DNA of 64,000 bases from a virus (taxonomy: Duplodnaviria; Caudoviricetes), in the IMG/VR virus record IMGVR_UViG_3300036987_000310, positions 1 through 64,000 of that record, one strand, 5' to 3'. Below the pieces are notes generated by a model, which saw nothing but the letters and a program-made list of their open reading frames with translations, was not told the DNA's origin and ran no database searches. The position numbers and the translations under genes were made by a program. This document shows positions 36,866-48,300 of this stretch, one piece after another. Positions within the stretch are counted from its first letter, which is position 1, and every line of letters starts with the position of its first letter.

Positions 36866-37564
36866 ATGGCGTTCAATTTTTTCGGAACTTTCACCAGAGC
36901 CCAATGGTACGATTTCAAAGACTTCGCCACAGTTCAACGAACCGAACTTGAGGCTAGAAAGCGCTGGGTTGACATGGAGCTTGTTAGAACTGGACAAGTT
37001 TCATGTACCTACGACGAAGATGGAGCCAACCCGATAAGCTTCGAGGCTTCTCCGAAGAGCTACATGGGGAAGCTTCTTCTTGCTTACAGAATGCTCGGGG
37101 GAGTTCCTGAAAACGATATGCTTTTGCGAACTCGAAACCAAGCTGTTTTTCTGAAGCAGGGCATAGACATGTATGACACCCCAGCTTATTCCAATGGAAG
37201 AAGGCAAAGGGGGTCCCAAAGGTTTGACCGCACGCTTGGTTTAGCAGTTGAAGCCATGAAGAAATGGCAATTAGAGGCTGTGAAAGCGAAAAGAGAACAT
37301 TTGGAGTATAAAATAAAGCGCGCCATGGACTATGCCGATCAGCTTGAGCAAGAATCGGAGATGCTTAAAGAGCTGATCGATGGCTTCCTTGTGGACGATC
37401 AAATGGTTAGAGTGGAAACCACGATCGCTCAACCGGACAGATATAACGTGCCAGAAGGTCTTGGAGACAGATTCGGAAACGAAATCGGTTCTCCGGGAGA
37501 CGGAGCCTTTGACGACGCCGGCCTTGTGGCAGCCACGGATAATCAGCGCGTTCCCCAAGGATGA
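36866..37564 (+). CDS. Hypothetical baseplate-region protein (coiled-coil)
   Basis: ATG 36866 with GAGGA RBS, preferred over the track start at 36845. Operonic. Confidence 0.75.
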   Translation: MAFNFFGTFTRAQWYDFKDFATVQRTELEARKRWVDMELVRTGQVSCTYDEDGANPISFEASPKSYMGKLLLAYRMLGGVPENDMLLRTRNQAVFLKQGIDMYDTPAYSNGRRQRGSQRFDRTLGLAVEAMKKWQLEAVKAKREHLEYKIKRAMDYADQLEQESEMLKELIDGFLVDDQMVRVETTIAQPDRYNVPEGLGDRFGNEIGSPGDGAFDDAGLVAATDNQRVPQG

Positions 37565-37567
37565 CCC

Positions 37568-38728
37568 ATGAGCTACGATTTCGCTCTGCAAAAGCTGTGC
37601 AGTCATGAGATCCGAATGGAGAACGGTCTATACGATAGGGATACAAGCACAATTAGATTTAGGACGCCACCGTCAAATCAGAACGTGACCGTTTGGGTCG
37701 ATGGCGTGAAAGTTCCGCAGGCCGGATTGTGGTCGTACGCCACGCTAATTTTCACAAATGCAGGTCCTTACAGGATAAAGCGTGGCGAAAATGACTTGCT
37801 CTACATGCAGGTTGGAAATGAGCCGCCCACGTTCGTTCAGCTTTTGACCGGGAACGTGCGGGCTAAGGATATGGTCAAGGATTTGGCTTTGAAGGTGCCG
37901 TCTCTGGTTTTTTCGGTGGAGCGAGAAAGGGTCGTAATCAAGTCAAAAACTCCTTTCCATGGGGCGGCTTTTACTTTTTCAGACCCTAGGTGGACCGATC
38001 GAGCGCAGTCTCTTCCCACCACTGCAAGAGTTTTAGCTGCTTATTCCAGGCTCGGAATTGTTCCGGGGAGAGTTGTGACTGGAAAAATGCTGTTCCCATC
38101 ATGGTCGATAGAAGGAGATGTTTTGTCGACATGGGATAAAGACAGGGTTGTGAAATTTCATAAAAGGATACCGAATCAGGCCCCGGTGACGCATGTGAGC
38201 TATGTCACATACCCTACATATTGTAGACGTTGTGGCGGGACGAAGGTTGAGTTTGACTACAATATAGTTGGAACGACGTACGAGAGAGTCACAGACGCTG
38301 ATCTTTTGTCTCAGGAATTCGACAAGTTTTTGTTCACCAGGCTCGGATCCCATTGGAAATGGACATGGCTCGGGTCCAGACTCATTGATCGCATAGGCGG
38401 GAAGGGGTCAACTGGACAAACGACTGTCAACTCCATGCTGTCAATGGACATTAGCCAAGCTTTCTCCGTATATCAAAACATCAAGATGCAGCAAAGCCAA
38501 AACTCTCCGGAGCAACAGGTTACGGATGCCGAATACCCGTTTTCCGTACGCAACGTCAATGTCAATTTGCTTCCAGACGACCCGACTGTGGCTCTTGTTG
38601 GGATAACGGTTGTGTGTAGGAGCTTGGAGCCCGTGTACCTCAAGAGGGTTGTCGGCAACCCGAATCCTTACACAATAGGTTCCAACCTAAGTTTGGCCAC
38701 CACTCCAGATTTTCTCCTTAGAGGGTGA
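37568..38728 (+). CDS. Baseplate wedge protein with a gp25-like C-terminal domain
   Basis: Directly upstream of baseplate-J. C-terminal FDKFLFTRLGSH…GSRLIDRIG…VRNVNVNLLPDDPTVALVGITV fits the gp25/W pattern. Contains CRRC. Confidence 0.6.
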   Translation: MSYDFALQKLCSHEIRMENGLYDRDTSTIRFRTPPSNQNVTVWVDGVKVPQAGLWSYATLIFTNAGPYRIKRGENDLLYMQVGNEPPTFVQLLTGNVRAKDMVKDLALKVPSLVFSVERERVVIKSKTPFHGAAFTFSDPRWTDRAQSLPTTARVLAAYSRLGIVPGRVVTGKMLFPSWSIEGDVLSTWDKDRVVKFHKRIPNQAPVTHVSYVTYPTYCRRCGGTKVEFDYNIVGTTYERVTDADLLSQEFDKFLFTRLGSHWKWTWLGSRLIDRIGGKGSTGQTTVNSMLSMDISQAFSVYQNIKMQQSQNSPEQQVTDAEYPFSVRNVNVNLLPDDPTVALVGITVVCRSLEPVYLKRVVGNPNPYTIGSNLSLATTPDFLLRG

Positions 38729-38760
38729 CGGCCAATTTTTTATTGCGTACCGTATGGTAC

Positions 38761-41700
38761 ATGGCCACTATCCCTAAGCTGAACTATCCGGACGGTTCCG
38801 GAACGACCACCGGTCTCACTATCACTACGAATGTGAGTGAGATGTCGTTTTCTGGAACCGTTGATGCGAACACAGTCGACATTCAAATCGACGTGAACGG
38901 ATCGGGCTTTGTTTCAGACCCGACTCTCGTCGAGATTTCGGCCGGCGTCTTTCGCGTTCCCAATTCATCAAGTTTTCCCGACGGATTTCAGTTTGAACAT
39001 GGAGAAAACTCCATTCGACTGAGGGCTGTCGATCTTAGCGGCGGCGTAAGCCCTCCGGCAGTCATCTCGGTGTCAGTGTTTACCGACGACGAGCTTGGAG
39101 TCACGACGCAGTCTCCTACGGGCGTTGTGGTGAACAGGAGGGCAAAATCCGTCGACATATGCTGGTCTGACGTCATGACTGAAGGGGCCAGCGGATACAA
39201 CATATATGCTGCCACGGGGTCTGGGGGGACGGGGTCCGGGTACCTAAAAGTCAATAAAGACATGATATCCGTCGATTCCCCGACTGTGTCCGAAATATAC
39301 GAAAACCCAGTTGGAAACTTTCAGTATGAACTTCCGGAAGCTGATGGGAGCAGCGATCTTCAAATCGTAACGGACACGACAGACCCCGCGAACGGGGAAG
39401 TCATCGAACGAAAGTCGGTAAACTGGATATCCCTTGTTGGACAGTCTAGATATAAACTGTCTGTGGATGTTGTGGCCACGATTCCCGTGAAACGGTTCGT
39501 TTTCAATCACGACAGAGCCAGAGGCGTAGGCAGCGGGATTATGAACTCCGACGTGTTTGGGACCGTTGGAAATGACGATCCGCTTTTTTACGTTGTAACA
39601 GCTCTGTACTTTGACGTGTCCACAGGGGGTTACCTAGAGAGCAGGTTTTCCCAAGAGCTTTCCGCGGCCCCGCTACCTCTTGATAAAACTGTTCGCGGCA
39701 TCAACATTAGGAACCAGTCAACTGTTGCTCGAGACTATATTGAAGAAGTTCAAAAGGCTGAGCCGGTCTTGTCTTTGATTCCGGGGTCCACTGTCCGAGA
39801 AGTTCACATAGAACCGTTTGCAAACGAAGCTCAAAGGGTGTACTTCCTTCTTGACTTCGTGCACAGAGCGAAATCTTTTACTGCTTTGTTGGCAGTCGAC
39901 GACCCAAACTCCACCGGGACGAGCATTCCGGTGGACAATTCGCAGTATAAGTCAAATCTGAGATCGGCGCTGAACCTTGCTGACAACACAACAACCCAAA
40001 GCTTAATAGATGGAGCTTTCGATTCTCTTGCTCAGAATTTCGGAGTTCCTCGTCAGGGGGCTCGAGCAGCGACGGTGGTGCAAACTTTCTATACGACCAT
40101 TCTCCCCACGCGCGATCTTCTAGTGTCTCAAAATGCGTCCGTTTCGTCATCTATAGACAGCACAGCGCCCAGGTTTGTGTCTCGCGGCGCGGTGTTCATG
40201 TATGCCAATAGAGCTTCTCAGTATTGGAACGTTGAAAAAAGCCGATATGAGGTCAAAGTTGAGATGATTGCAGAGTCCCCGGGGTCTGCTGGGAACGTGT
40301 CAGCAAATGTTTTGGACACTGTTGTCTCAGGCGCCACTGGGCTCAAGACCTTGAACGAACAAGCAGCAAACTTCGGCAGGGACGCTCAAAGTAATCTTGA
40401 GCTTGCTGAGTCTGCCATGCTTGCTTTGACATCTTTGGACACTGGAACTGAAGGAGGATATTATAAGTCTGCGGTGTCCATACCCGGCGTTCTGGAAGTA
40501 AAAATTGTCAAGTCTGGCGACCCGTTTATGATGCGCGACTGGGACCCGGTTCGAGGCAAGCATGTGGGGGGAAAAGTAGACGTTTACGTGAAGGGAACAA
40601 TTGAGAGAACAATTGTTGAAAGCTTCGCGTTCCAGTTCACAATCGCTAAAAATGTTAGGTTTGAGGTTGTTGACGCGACAGCCTTGACGTTCAGAGCCTT
40701 GGACTCGCGATTGACTCCGTCCAATCCGATTCAAGAAATCATGAATAACCCTTCGCAAGATTTGGGGGTCAGGAATCACTCGACAACTCCGACTCAGTCT
40801 TACGATTTGACCGGTGCGATCATCGTCAATTACAACACAATTCAGTTGAACTCCGCCATTCCTCAGCCTGTGACAATGTTTGATGATTTCGTCGAAGGCG
40901 ATTACAGATACCGGAGCAACAACCAGTTCATAGCTAGCGTGCAACCGATTCGGAGGGTTTCTTCTGTCGTTGGGGAGGTGTCGGGAACTCTGGATTCGAC
41001 GCTTGGGTACGACTTGTACAAGACGCAAGATCCGCTTCTCGAGGGAGAAAGCTCGCTGGCCAAGGACTATGTGTCCATAAATCAAGTAGATGGAATTCCT
41101 GCTGGAAACATGGTCCAGGTCAATGATGAGCAGCACGTTTTGATAGGGCAATTTGAAGAGCCGATGGGATCTGTCGGAATAAACTCTCTCACTCTATCCG
41201 TATACAGCCGAGATAGGCTCATCGAGTACCAGGGGCCAAATTCTGCAAATCCAGATTATCTTATTGTCGAAGGAACGCAAACGACGGCTTCGAGGATAGT
41301 TAGGACAGCGCTTTCCAACATAGACAGTGGAGACACTGTTTCCATTGATTACCAGCACGATGAAAACTTTTACGTGACTTATGTTGTGAACGACGTCGTT
41401 CAGCGCGTGGCGTCGGTTGTGTCGAACATGCGTCACGTCACTGCAGATGTTGCTGTTAAACAGTCCTTGGACAACCCTGTGTCTATGGAGACGATAATTC
41501 AACTACTTCCGAATTCAAACCAGTCCACCGTCGATTCAAACGTGAGGACTTCGCTCACGAGGCTCACGGATTTGCGCGGCCTAGGCAATCCGATACATCA
41601 ATCGGACGCCACGGGCGCCATCGAAGCTATTTTTGGCGTCGACTATCTAGTGCAACCTCTTTCCAGGTTCACTCTTCAAACAGGGGCATATCGCATTAGA

Positions 41701-42189
41701 GAAAAGGTGTACTCCGACTATGAGTTTATGCCTGGTTTGAGCTATGGAGCGAATGCCGTATATATTTTGACGCAGCCTCTGCCTTTCAACACCACTGATG
41801 GAGGAGGCCCCAACACTTTGCATGTCGGCGTCTACCTTGACGAACAAGTCATGACGAAAGCTCCGTCTTTATATGACGTCGGGAGGGGCTACCAGCAATG
41901 GTGGGTAATCGGGAGGCTAGGGGCTGTCATAATTGGATATTCTGACGACGACACGCTATACCCGGATTTTTTGACCGCCGAAGCTGTTGAAGCAGAACGT
42001 GTTCGAAGAACGGCTAACAAGGTTGTCGTATCTCTTGACGCTAGCGTTACGCCTTTTGACACGCCCGACAATCATTCTTTTGCAGCCACATACATTGTCG
42101 AGAACGACAAGGGCGTCAAAGACATATCTGTGTCTCCAATAGAATACCTCACGATCGGCGATGTTACACTGACATACAAGTCCGCGTAG
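38761..42189 (+). CDS. Baseplate J / gp6-like wedge protein, large
   Basis: AESPGSAGNVSAN…LNEQAANFGRDAQSNLELAES is the baseplate-J core motif, followed by AVSIPGVLEVKIV. ATG 38761 (the track uses GTG 38725). Confidence 0.85.
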   Translation: MATIPKLNYPDGSGTTTGLTITTNVSEMSFSGTVDANTVDIQIDVNGSGFVSDPTLVEISAGVFRVPNSSSFPDGFQFEHGENSIRLRAVDLSGGVSPPAVISVSVFTDDELGVTTQSPTGVVVNRRAKSVDICWSDVMTEGASGYNIYAATGSGGTGSGYLKVNKDMISVDSPTVSEIYENPVGNFQYELPEADGSSDLQIVTDTTDPANGEVIERKSVNWISLVGQSRYKLSVDVVATIPVKRFVFNHDRARGVGSGIMNSDVFGTVGNDDPLFYVVTALYFDVSTGGYLESRFSQELSAAPLPLDKTVRGINIRNQSTVARDYIEEVQKAEPVLSLIPGSTVREVHIEPFANEAQRVYFLLDFVHRAKSFTALLAVDDPNSTGTSIPVDNSQYKSNLRSALNLADNTTTQSLIDGAFDSLAQNFGVPRQGARAATVVQTFYTTILPTRDLLVSQNASVSSSIDSTAPRFVSRGAVFMYANRASQYWNVEKSRYEVKVEMIAESPGSAGNVSANVLDTVVSGATGLKTLNEQAANFGRDAQSNLELAESAMLALTSLDTGTEGGYYKSAVSIPGVLEVKIVKSGDPFMMRDWDPVRGKHVGGKVDVYVKGTIERTIVESFAFQFTIAKNVRFEVVDATALTFRALDSRLTPSNPIQEIMNNPSQDLGVRNHSTTPTQSYDLTGAIIVNYNTIQLNSAIPQPVTMFDDFVEGDYRYRSNNQFIASVQPIRRVSSVVGEVSGTLDSTLGYDLYKTQDPLLEGESSLAKDYVSINQVDGIPAGNMVQVNDEQHVLIGQFEEPMGSVGINSLTLSVYSRDRLIEYQGPNSANPDYLIVEGTQTTASRIVRTALSNIDSGDTVSIDYQHDENFYVTYVVNDVVQRVASVVSNMRHVTADVAVKQSLDNPVSMETIIQLLPNSNQSTVDSNVRTSLTRLTDLRGLGNPIHQSDATGAIEAIFGVDYLVQPLSRFTLQTGAYRIREKVYSDYEFMPGLSYGANAVYILTQPLPFNTTDGGGPNTLHVGVYLDEQVMTKAPSLYDVGRGYQQWWVIGRLGAVIIGYSDDDTLYPDFLTAEAVEAERVRRTANKVVVSLDASVTPFDTPDNHSFAATYIVENDKGVKDISVSPIEYLTIGDVTLTYKSA

Positions 42190-42197
42190 GAGTTTCC

Positions 42198-43001
42198 ATG
42201 CCGATCGTTCGAGTAAATCTCAATAGTTACGAAGACGGTGAAGAGTACCTGGGAAGACTCAGTCAAGAAGCTGATACTAACTTCCGGGTGTTTCTTGCGC
42301 TTCTGTCTTCTTACTGGAGGTCAACTGTTGACGGGCCAAACTATGCCAGAGAGCTTAAAGCCATGGCAGTCTCCATGGCTCGCATAAGAATCGCTTTGGA
42401 CGACGTGAGAGCAGACGCTGATTATCGCTCGACTAGAGCTGAATTCTTGTATCAAGTTTTAACATCTATGTTATTTCCTAAGGAAGCTGCCAATCCAGAT
42501 TTTGGAGATTTGGATTTTGCTGAGTTTTTGCGGGAGTTGGTTAAAGTATACTTCGCCGGAAGCACCCCGCCAAGCATGGGAAAGGCTGTTGAACTTGTCA
42601 CTGGCGGCATGACTGTTTTGATTACGGAAAACTTTCAAGAAGCCAGGAAGCCAGGGTCTGGGTTCGACATATCGGACGAGCATACTTTCAATGTTGATGT
42701 TTTTCTTCCTTCTCCCGGTTCCATAGACGTTTTTCTCGCAGAAAAGAACATAAGAATTCTTCTGGGGATAATTCGCCCGGCGCACACCCTTTACAGGTTG
42801 AAATTTGTTTTGCAAGACGAATATGTTGGAAACAAAACAGATCTTCAGCCTGCAAAGGTTTTGGACTCTTTTGTCTTTGAATTGTCAAACTATGGGTATG
42901 AAGACTTTCGGAAATTTGTCGAGGGCGTAAAAGGGATTGACCCGCTCGGGGTCAAAAAACCTGTTCATGTGATTGATGAAGACCACAGCGGGAACTGGTA
43001 G
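42198..43001 (+). CDS. Baseplate wedge protein (P2 gpI / gp7-like)
   Basis: Follows baseplate-J and has the LLGIIRPAHTLY motif (the [KR]PAH hallmark). RBS TAGGAG. Confidence 0.75.
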   Translation: MPIVRVNLNSYEDGEEYLGRLSQEADTNFRVFLALLSSYWRSTVDGPNYARELKAMAVSMARIRIALDDVRADADYRSTRAEFLYQVLTSMLFPKEAANPDFGDLDFAEFLRELVKVYFAGSTPPSMGKAVELVTGGMTVLITENFQEARKPGSGFDISDEHTFNVDVFLPSPGSIDVFLAEKNIRILLGIIRPAHTLYRLKFVLQDEYVGNKTDLQPAKVLDSFVFELSNYGYEDFRKFVEGVKGIDPLGVKKPVHVIDEDHSGNW

Positions 43002-43024
43002 ACTTTAATGAGCAGGGAAACGCA

Positions 43025-45382
43025 ATGACGACGGTTGGAATTTTCGTTCACGATCTTGGGTCTAGGGAGGTAAGGGTTCGTTTCGACCTTCCCGTTCCAG
43101 ACGCCGAGACTCCGTCGGATTATGTGTTTTCGTCGACGTCAGGTTATGTTCCGTCAATTGTTAGCGTGTCTTACTACGACGCCAACATGACGTCGGTGAG
43201 AGTTTTGTTTAATGCGGCGCTCACAAATGGAGAAACATATTCTTGTCAGATTTCGAATCTTCAGTCCTCTGACGGGTCTTTGGTGACTACGGCCCCGTTT
43301 GACTTTGTTGCTGCTGACGAAGATCTTCCGCAAATTCTGGGGGCTTATCAGTCTACTCGAAGATGCGTTGACATAGTTTGCGACAGACCTGTAGCAACAA
43401 CTTCCACAAGCGCTTCCGCACGCATAAAAGAGCCTGGGGGCGCATCTGTTGCAATGTCCTTGGTTCCTTGGACTGCCGACCAACACGAAAACTCTGTCAG
43501 GTTCTCATACGGCTCTGCTCCTACAGCAACAGAATATGCCATACAATTTTCCGACATAGTGGACATGTCCGGAAACACGTGCAGGAGCGGGGAAATTCCT
43601 TTGGATTTAGCCTATGGGCCGACGGGGTACGCGGATTTGGTTCAGGCAAGAGCTACACTGGCCACGGTTGCTGACATCAGCAACGCTGAAGGATTTGCTG
43701 CGACTGTTTTGCGTGTGTTTTTTAACTGCCCGATGTTTGCAAGCGACGTGTTGAACGAGTCGAAATGGGTAGTAAGCCAAAACGGATCTCATGTCGCTGC
43801 GGATTTGACGAATGCAATCACGGCTCCCAACGCGATCGACACATCATCGTTTGTGAACCTGGCAAATGATGGGAAAGCGATGGCGAACGCTCATTTGGCT
43901 TCCCATGCTCATCTTGTCACGGATTTTGTCAATCAAATCTTTACTGCTGACGCCATCGATTATGCAACAGCGTCAAATTTGGCTGATGAAGTGTTTAGCG
44001 TGTTGTCTGCACATTACGAGCGGACAGACATGCACCTATATGCCGATCACGTTCATGTTTTGGACTCTTCCATATCGGATCCAATGGATAGACTGAACTC
44101 TTTGAAAGAAAAGTTCAATGAACACCTTGAGGAGTCTTATGGCCTTGAGTTCTCTGATGCTTATGATCCAATCGGCCCGATTGTGAATTTTGCGTCGTCC
44201 GGAAACGCTTCGTTTGTGTTGGACAGGTATACATGGTTTGCAGATTTGCACATTGCATCGGATGCTGACCGAGCTATTTTTTCAATAAGCATGACGTCTA
44301 TCCGTAGCGAAGACCTTGCAAGCTCTGTTACGAGCACGATTTTGGCTGGCCCGTTGAATGGACCGCCAGCGGTCATGTCCGTTTCTAGATCCTTCCGCGG
44401 AGCGATTGTGAGGATGAACTGTGACACTGATGTTGAGGGCGCTGACCTTTGCTCGTTGACGGATGTGGACTGTGGCGTTTCTGTGAAGTTTTCTGTTCGC
44501 GCGTCGTCTTCCGTGCCTGTTTTGCTATGGGCGCTAAACAACGTTCTTCAAGCATACAGAATGCACATAAGCTACTCCACTCATCCGCTTCTTGGAGCAT
44601 TGCACAAAAATCCGGATGTAACGAACACCGTTTCTTTTTCCAACTATGTCACAGACATGGATTTGGACGTTTTGATTCAAAAAACCAATTGGTTGAAGTG
44701 GAAAATCGACGCCCATATGACGTCTGAGCTTTACCACTATGGAGCCGATGTTCCGATTGAAGTTCCGGACGCGGTTGATTTCAACTCTTTAGAAAAGCTG
44801 ATACTCAGTCTCCGCAACCGTTTGTCTCGTCACAACTCGTCTGGTTTTTCTCAGATTCGCGACATCATTCCGGCAACGAGAAGTCTCCATGCCCATCCTG
44901 GAGCTGGCATCGTTTCGGCAAACATCGGAAACCTTGTTGTCGTATCTTTTGACGGCGCCATAGACGGAAACTCTTTGGTTTTCAAGGCTCCTGTTTTGAA
45001 AACGTGGAAAGACAACCGTCCAAACGTGGTGGAACGCGTGATTCCTGGTTTCGTAAACATTGAGTTCATAGCGTCTGACAACCTTCCGACTCTCACTTCG
45101 GCAGTTGCTCGCCCGGGTTTTTCTGCGTCAAGTCCGAGTCCATACCTCATGTCGGACACGATTGAATTGTACTTGTCGAAGCCTATGAGGAATCAAACCA
45201 TTTCCATGGGAACAAACATTGTCATTACTGGAGCTTCCATAGTGGCATCGGACGCTTGGTGGACGAACGATCGAACGATTTCTGTTCAAGTGTTGAGCAT
45301 GCTTGCCGCAACGTATTCCATTGAAGCGTTCGACATGTGCGATTTTGCCGGAAACCTTGTACCAACTCTGATTGTGTCTTGA
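43025..45382 (+). CDS. Structural protein with Ig-like domains and two His-repeat triplets
   Basis: Ig-like (Big_5-type) termini (VRVLFNAALTNGETYSCQISNL; IELYLSKPM…YSIEAFDMCDFAGN) and six His-containing helical repeats. Confidence 0.8.
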   Translation: MTTVGIFVHDLGSREVRVRFDLPVPDAETPSDYVFSSTSGYVPSIVSVSYYDANMTSVRVLFNAALTNGETYSCQISNLQSSDGSLVTTAPFDFVAADEDLPQILGAYQSTRRCVDIVCDRPVATTSTSASARIKEPGGASVAMSLVPWTADQHENSVRFSYGSAPTATEYAIQFSDIVDMSGNTCRSGEIPLDLAYGPTGYADLVQARATLATVADISNAEGFAATVLRVFFNCPMFASDVLNESKWVVSQNGSHVAADLTNAITAPNAIDTSSFVNLANDGKAMANAHLASHAHLVTDFVNQIFTADAIDYATASNLADEVFSVLSAHYERTDMHLYADHVHVLDSSISDPMDRLNSLKEKFNEHLEESYGLEFSDAYDPIGPIVNFASSGNASFVLDRYTWFADLHIASDADRAIFSISMTSIRSEDLASSVTSTILAGPLNGPPAVMSVSRSFRGAIVRMNCDTDVEGADLCSLTDVDCGVSVKFSVRASSSVPVLLWALNNVLQAYRMHISYSTHPLLGALHKNPDVTNTVSFSNYVTDMDLDVLIQKTNWLKWKIDAHMTSELYHYGADVPIEVPDAVDFNSLEKLILSLRNRLSRHNSSGFSQIRDIIPATRSLHAHPGAGIVSANIGNLVVVSFDGAIDGNSLVFKAPVLKTWKDNRPNVVERVIPGFVNIEFIASDNLPTLTSAVARPGFSASSPSPYLMSDTIELYLSKPMRNQTISMGTNIVITGASIVASDAWWTNDRTISVQVLSMLAATYSIEAFDMCDFAGNLVPTLIVS

Positions 45383-45391
45383 GGAGGAAAA

Positions 45392-48300
45392 GTGGCGCCT
45401 GTTTCACTGTCAGGGTTGAGCTCGATTGCGGATAGAATACTGTTCACGCGTCGTGCTCCCATTGTGAAACAACCTTTGTCGCTTTTGACTGGAGGGGACC
45501 TAGTAATACTTTCTGAAACGTCAGTCAGAATCGTGTCCGCGAATTTCACTTCTGACGACATTGGAAAAACTCTTGAGATTTCCGGAAGCTATGGAGCCAG
45601 AAACGATGGACTGTTTTCCATAGTCGAGGTTCTAAACTCGGTCACAGTTGAATTGGGCGGGGCGAACTTTGACATGGTTGATGAAACCGCCATGACTGAG
45701 GCGCTTGTCGCTTTGTCAAACAACTTGAAGGCTGTTTACAACAGGCACAGAATCCACATAGACTTGAGGCTCGACGGACCTCCGTACACAACACACTTGG
45801 TGAACGACACCACAAACGATGTTGTGTCCCCAGACGCCTCCACGCTTCCGATGTGCATAACATTGTTGAATGAGCTCAGAAGCAAATTCTCCAACCATAT
45901 TTCAAACTCTGGAGACGACTTTCACATAAACATTGACCAGTGGAACGGGGTTGTGTTTGGAGAAGCTGACGGCCTAGCGAGCGCTGTCATGCTTGCCAAC
46001 GAGTTGAGGATAAGATACGAATCGCATAGAATAGAGCGCAGGTCTCACTCTCTTGGCGACGCAGACAGTCGTGTTACTGCTCCGCGCGTGAATGTTGTTA
46101 GACAGTCTTCGCCAGGATCTCTTGTTGGTCCGTTTTTCTGGACTTTGTACGATCCAAGGCTCGGAATGGTTGCAGACTCTCCAAGCGATGTCGTGGTTCG
46201 TGTGAACGGAACCCCGGTTGACGCTGAGGCAGTTTTTGGGATGCTTGGGGCCGTCGTTCTTCCGTTGAAGCCAACCCCAACGGACACTGTGGCAATTGAT
46301 TATGACTTTTTAAACAACCCTCCTGCAAGATTTTTGCGCCTCAATTCCCCGGAGTTTGTCCTTAACCAGGATAAGAATAATGGCATGATGGGGTTTCCAT
46401 CGCACAGGTATCGCGCTAGGTCTTACCTGATTGACCCTGGAAACACGCCAGACTTCACATCCGCTGTATCTCCATATAAGGCTGGGTGGAAGTATAAAGC
46501 ATGTGAGAGGCAGTATACGGCCGCTTCAAACGACCCAGCTACGCTATTGCTAAACTCGCCTTTCAAGAGAATAAAATACCCTGTACTGCGCACATTTGTA
46601 AAAGAGACCACGATATCGTACGATCCTGTTGCTCTTCCCCAGGACGCGTCGGACCCATGGAACTTGGAAGGAGAGGGGCAGTTTTATCTTTCTAGTGGTC
46701 TTCTCACGATAACGGACAACGACGTTCAAAATACGCTAGACAGCAAGCCTCCGTTTTTCACGCACACGTCTGACATAATCACCGACAGCATAGTGTCTGC
46801 TGCTTTCAGAGCTCGCGTTGACGAGTCTCAGCTAGATGGCGTTTTTACTGGCGTCGGGTTTGGCGTGTCTGACGGGTTTGATGTCATACTTGTCGGCTTC
46901 GTAAAAACAGAAGCCACGAACCTGTCGTCTTCCATAGCTATCGCAAACGACATAAAAGCAAAGTTCAACCTTCACCTTGTTGAACCCACGGTGCATGGGA
47001 CAGACGATTTGTCTGATGTGATTGGAATTGTTGACGCTAGAGACTTGAGTTCTTTGATCATTTTGTTGAACGCGCTAAAGCTGAAGTTCAACACCCATGT
47101 TTTGAAAGCCGACCCTACTTTTGTCAGCGTCGACGTTCACAAAGACTTTGACACAAACGAGATTTTGTCTGATGACGCCGAAAACTTGGACACATCTCTG
47201 ACTCTTGCAAACGAATTGCGATCGAAAATTGACGCCCACAGAACATCCACGGGCATTCACTTCGTTGACGACACTTTCAACGAAATTCCTCTCACCATGC
47301 AGGTTGGCATCCTAACCAACTCTGGGGCGTATGAATTCCAAGACAGCTGGGAATCCGGAGCTGTCAACTGGACTGTGTTGAGAACATACAGAGTGCACAG
47401 AGATTCTGACGGCAACGCCAGTTTATATATGAGCGGGGACGTGGACCCTCTGGCAACGGTTTCAAAAGCAGACCTTCCTTCCATTTCTGACTTTGGAGGG
47501 AAATTCGACCCTGTGCAGCAGGTGTTTTTTGGGTCAATTAGTAGAGAAGCCACATCTGTCAGCACATGGAATTTGATTCGTGCGAATATAAGCCCAGTGA
47601 ATTCAAACTTGTTGGAAGATAACAAATCTGTGGCTTTTGACGGGTCTACGACACCTGAACTTGACCTCATTAGTCCGTGGGTCACGCTAGGACACGGCGG
47701 CACAGAGCGCACGTATCCAGGGTCTCCCGGGGGCGTCCAAGTTGACTCGACTTGTTCCGCATACCCGTCTGAGATTGTAGCAATGGGGGCCAGTTCTGGG
47801 GCGTTTCGCGGGTATATGCGGTTTGAACCCATGCTTGCCCCGTCAACGTCCTGCGCTATTGAGTTTGAATCCTCCGTTGATTACTACACGTTTGGCCTCG
47901 GAAATCGGTCCAACGGATTGTTTATGGACGACGGGCAGCTTTCGGTTCATTTTGCATTCTTATACTTCTCCCCGAGCCCTGCCCATGTTGTCGGATCGGC
48001 AAGCACTTTTTCAGTTAACTCATCTGATAAGATGTACATCAGTTTTGACGGAAGCGCGTCAAAAACTGTGAGTTTCACATCAACTTTAACGTCGGCAGCT
48101 GACGTGGCTTCTGTGATAAACGCAACAGTCGGATCCTCCATTGCTGGAGACGACGGGTTGAATCACGTTGAAATAACATATGGAACGGGGGCTTCTTCAT
48201 ACATTTCGATAGACGGTGGCTCCGCGTCTCAAAAACTCGGGCTAACTGTCGGAAAATATTTTGGCCGAGATTCAAATCCGGAGCCTCGAGTCTCGTGGTT

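Noticed and set aside
38747-38760. GTACC-gtat-GGTAC mini-hairpin abutting ATG 38761
   Set aside because: Only 5 bp, which could easily occur by chance.
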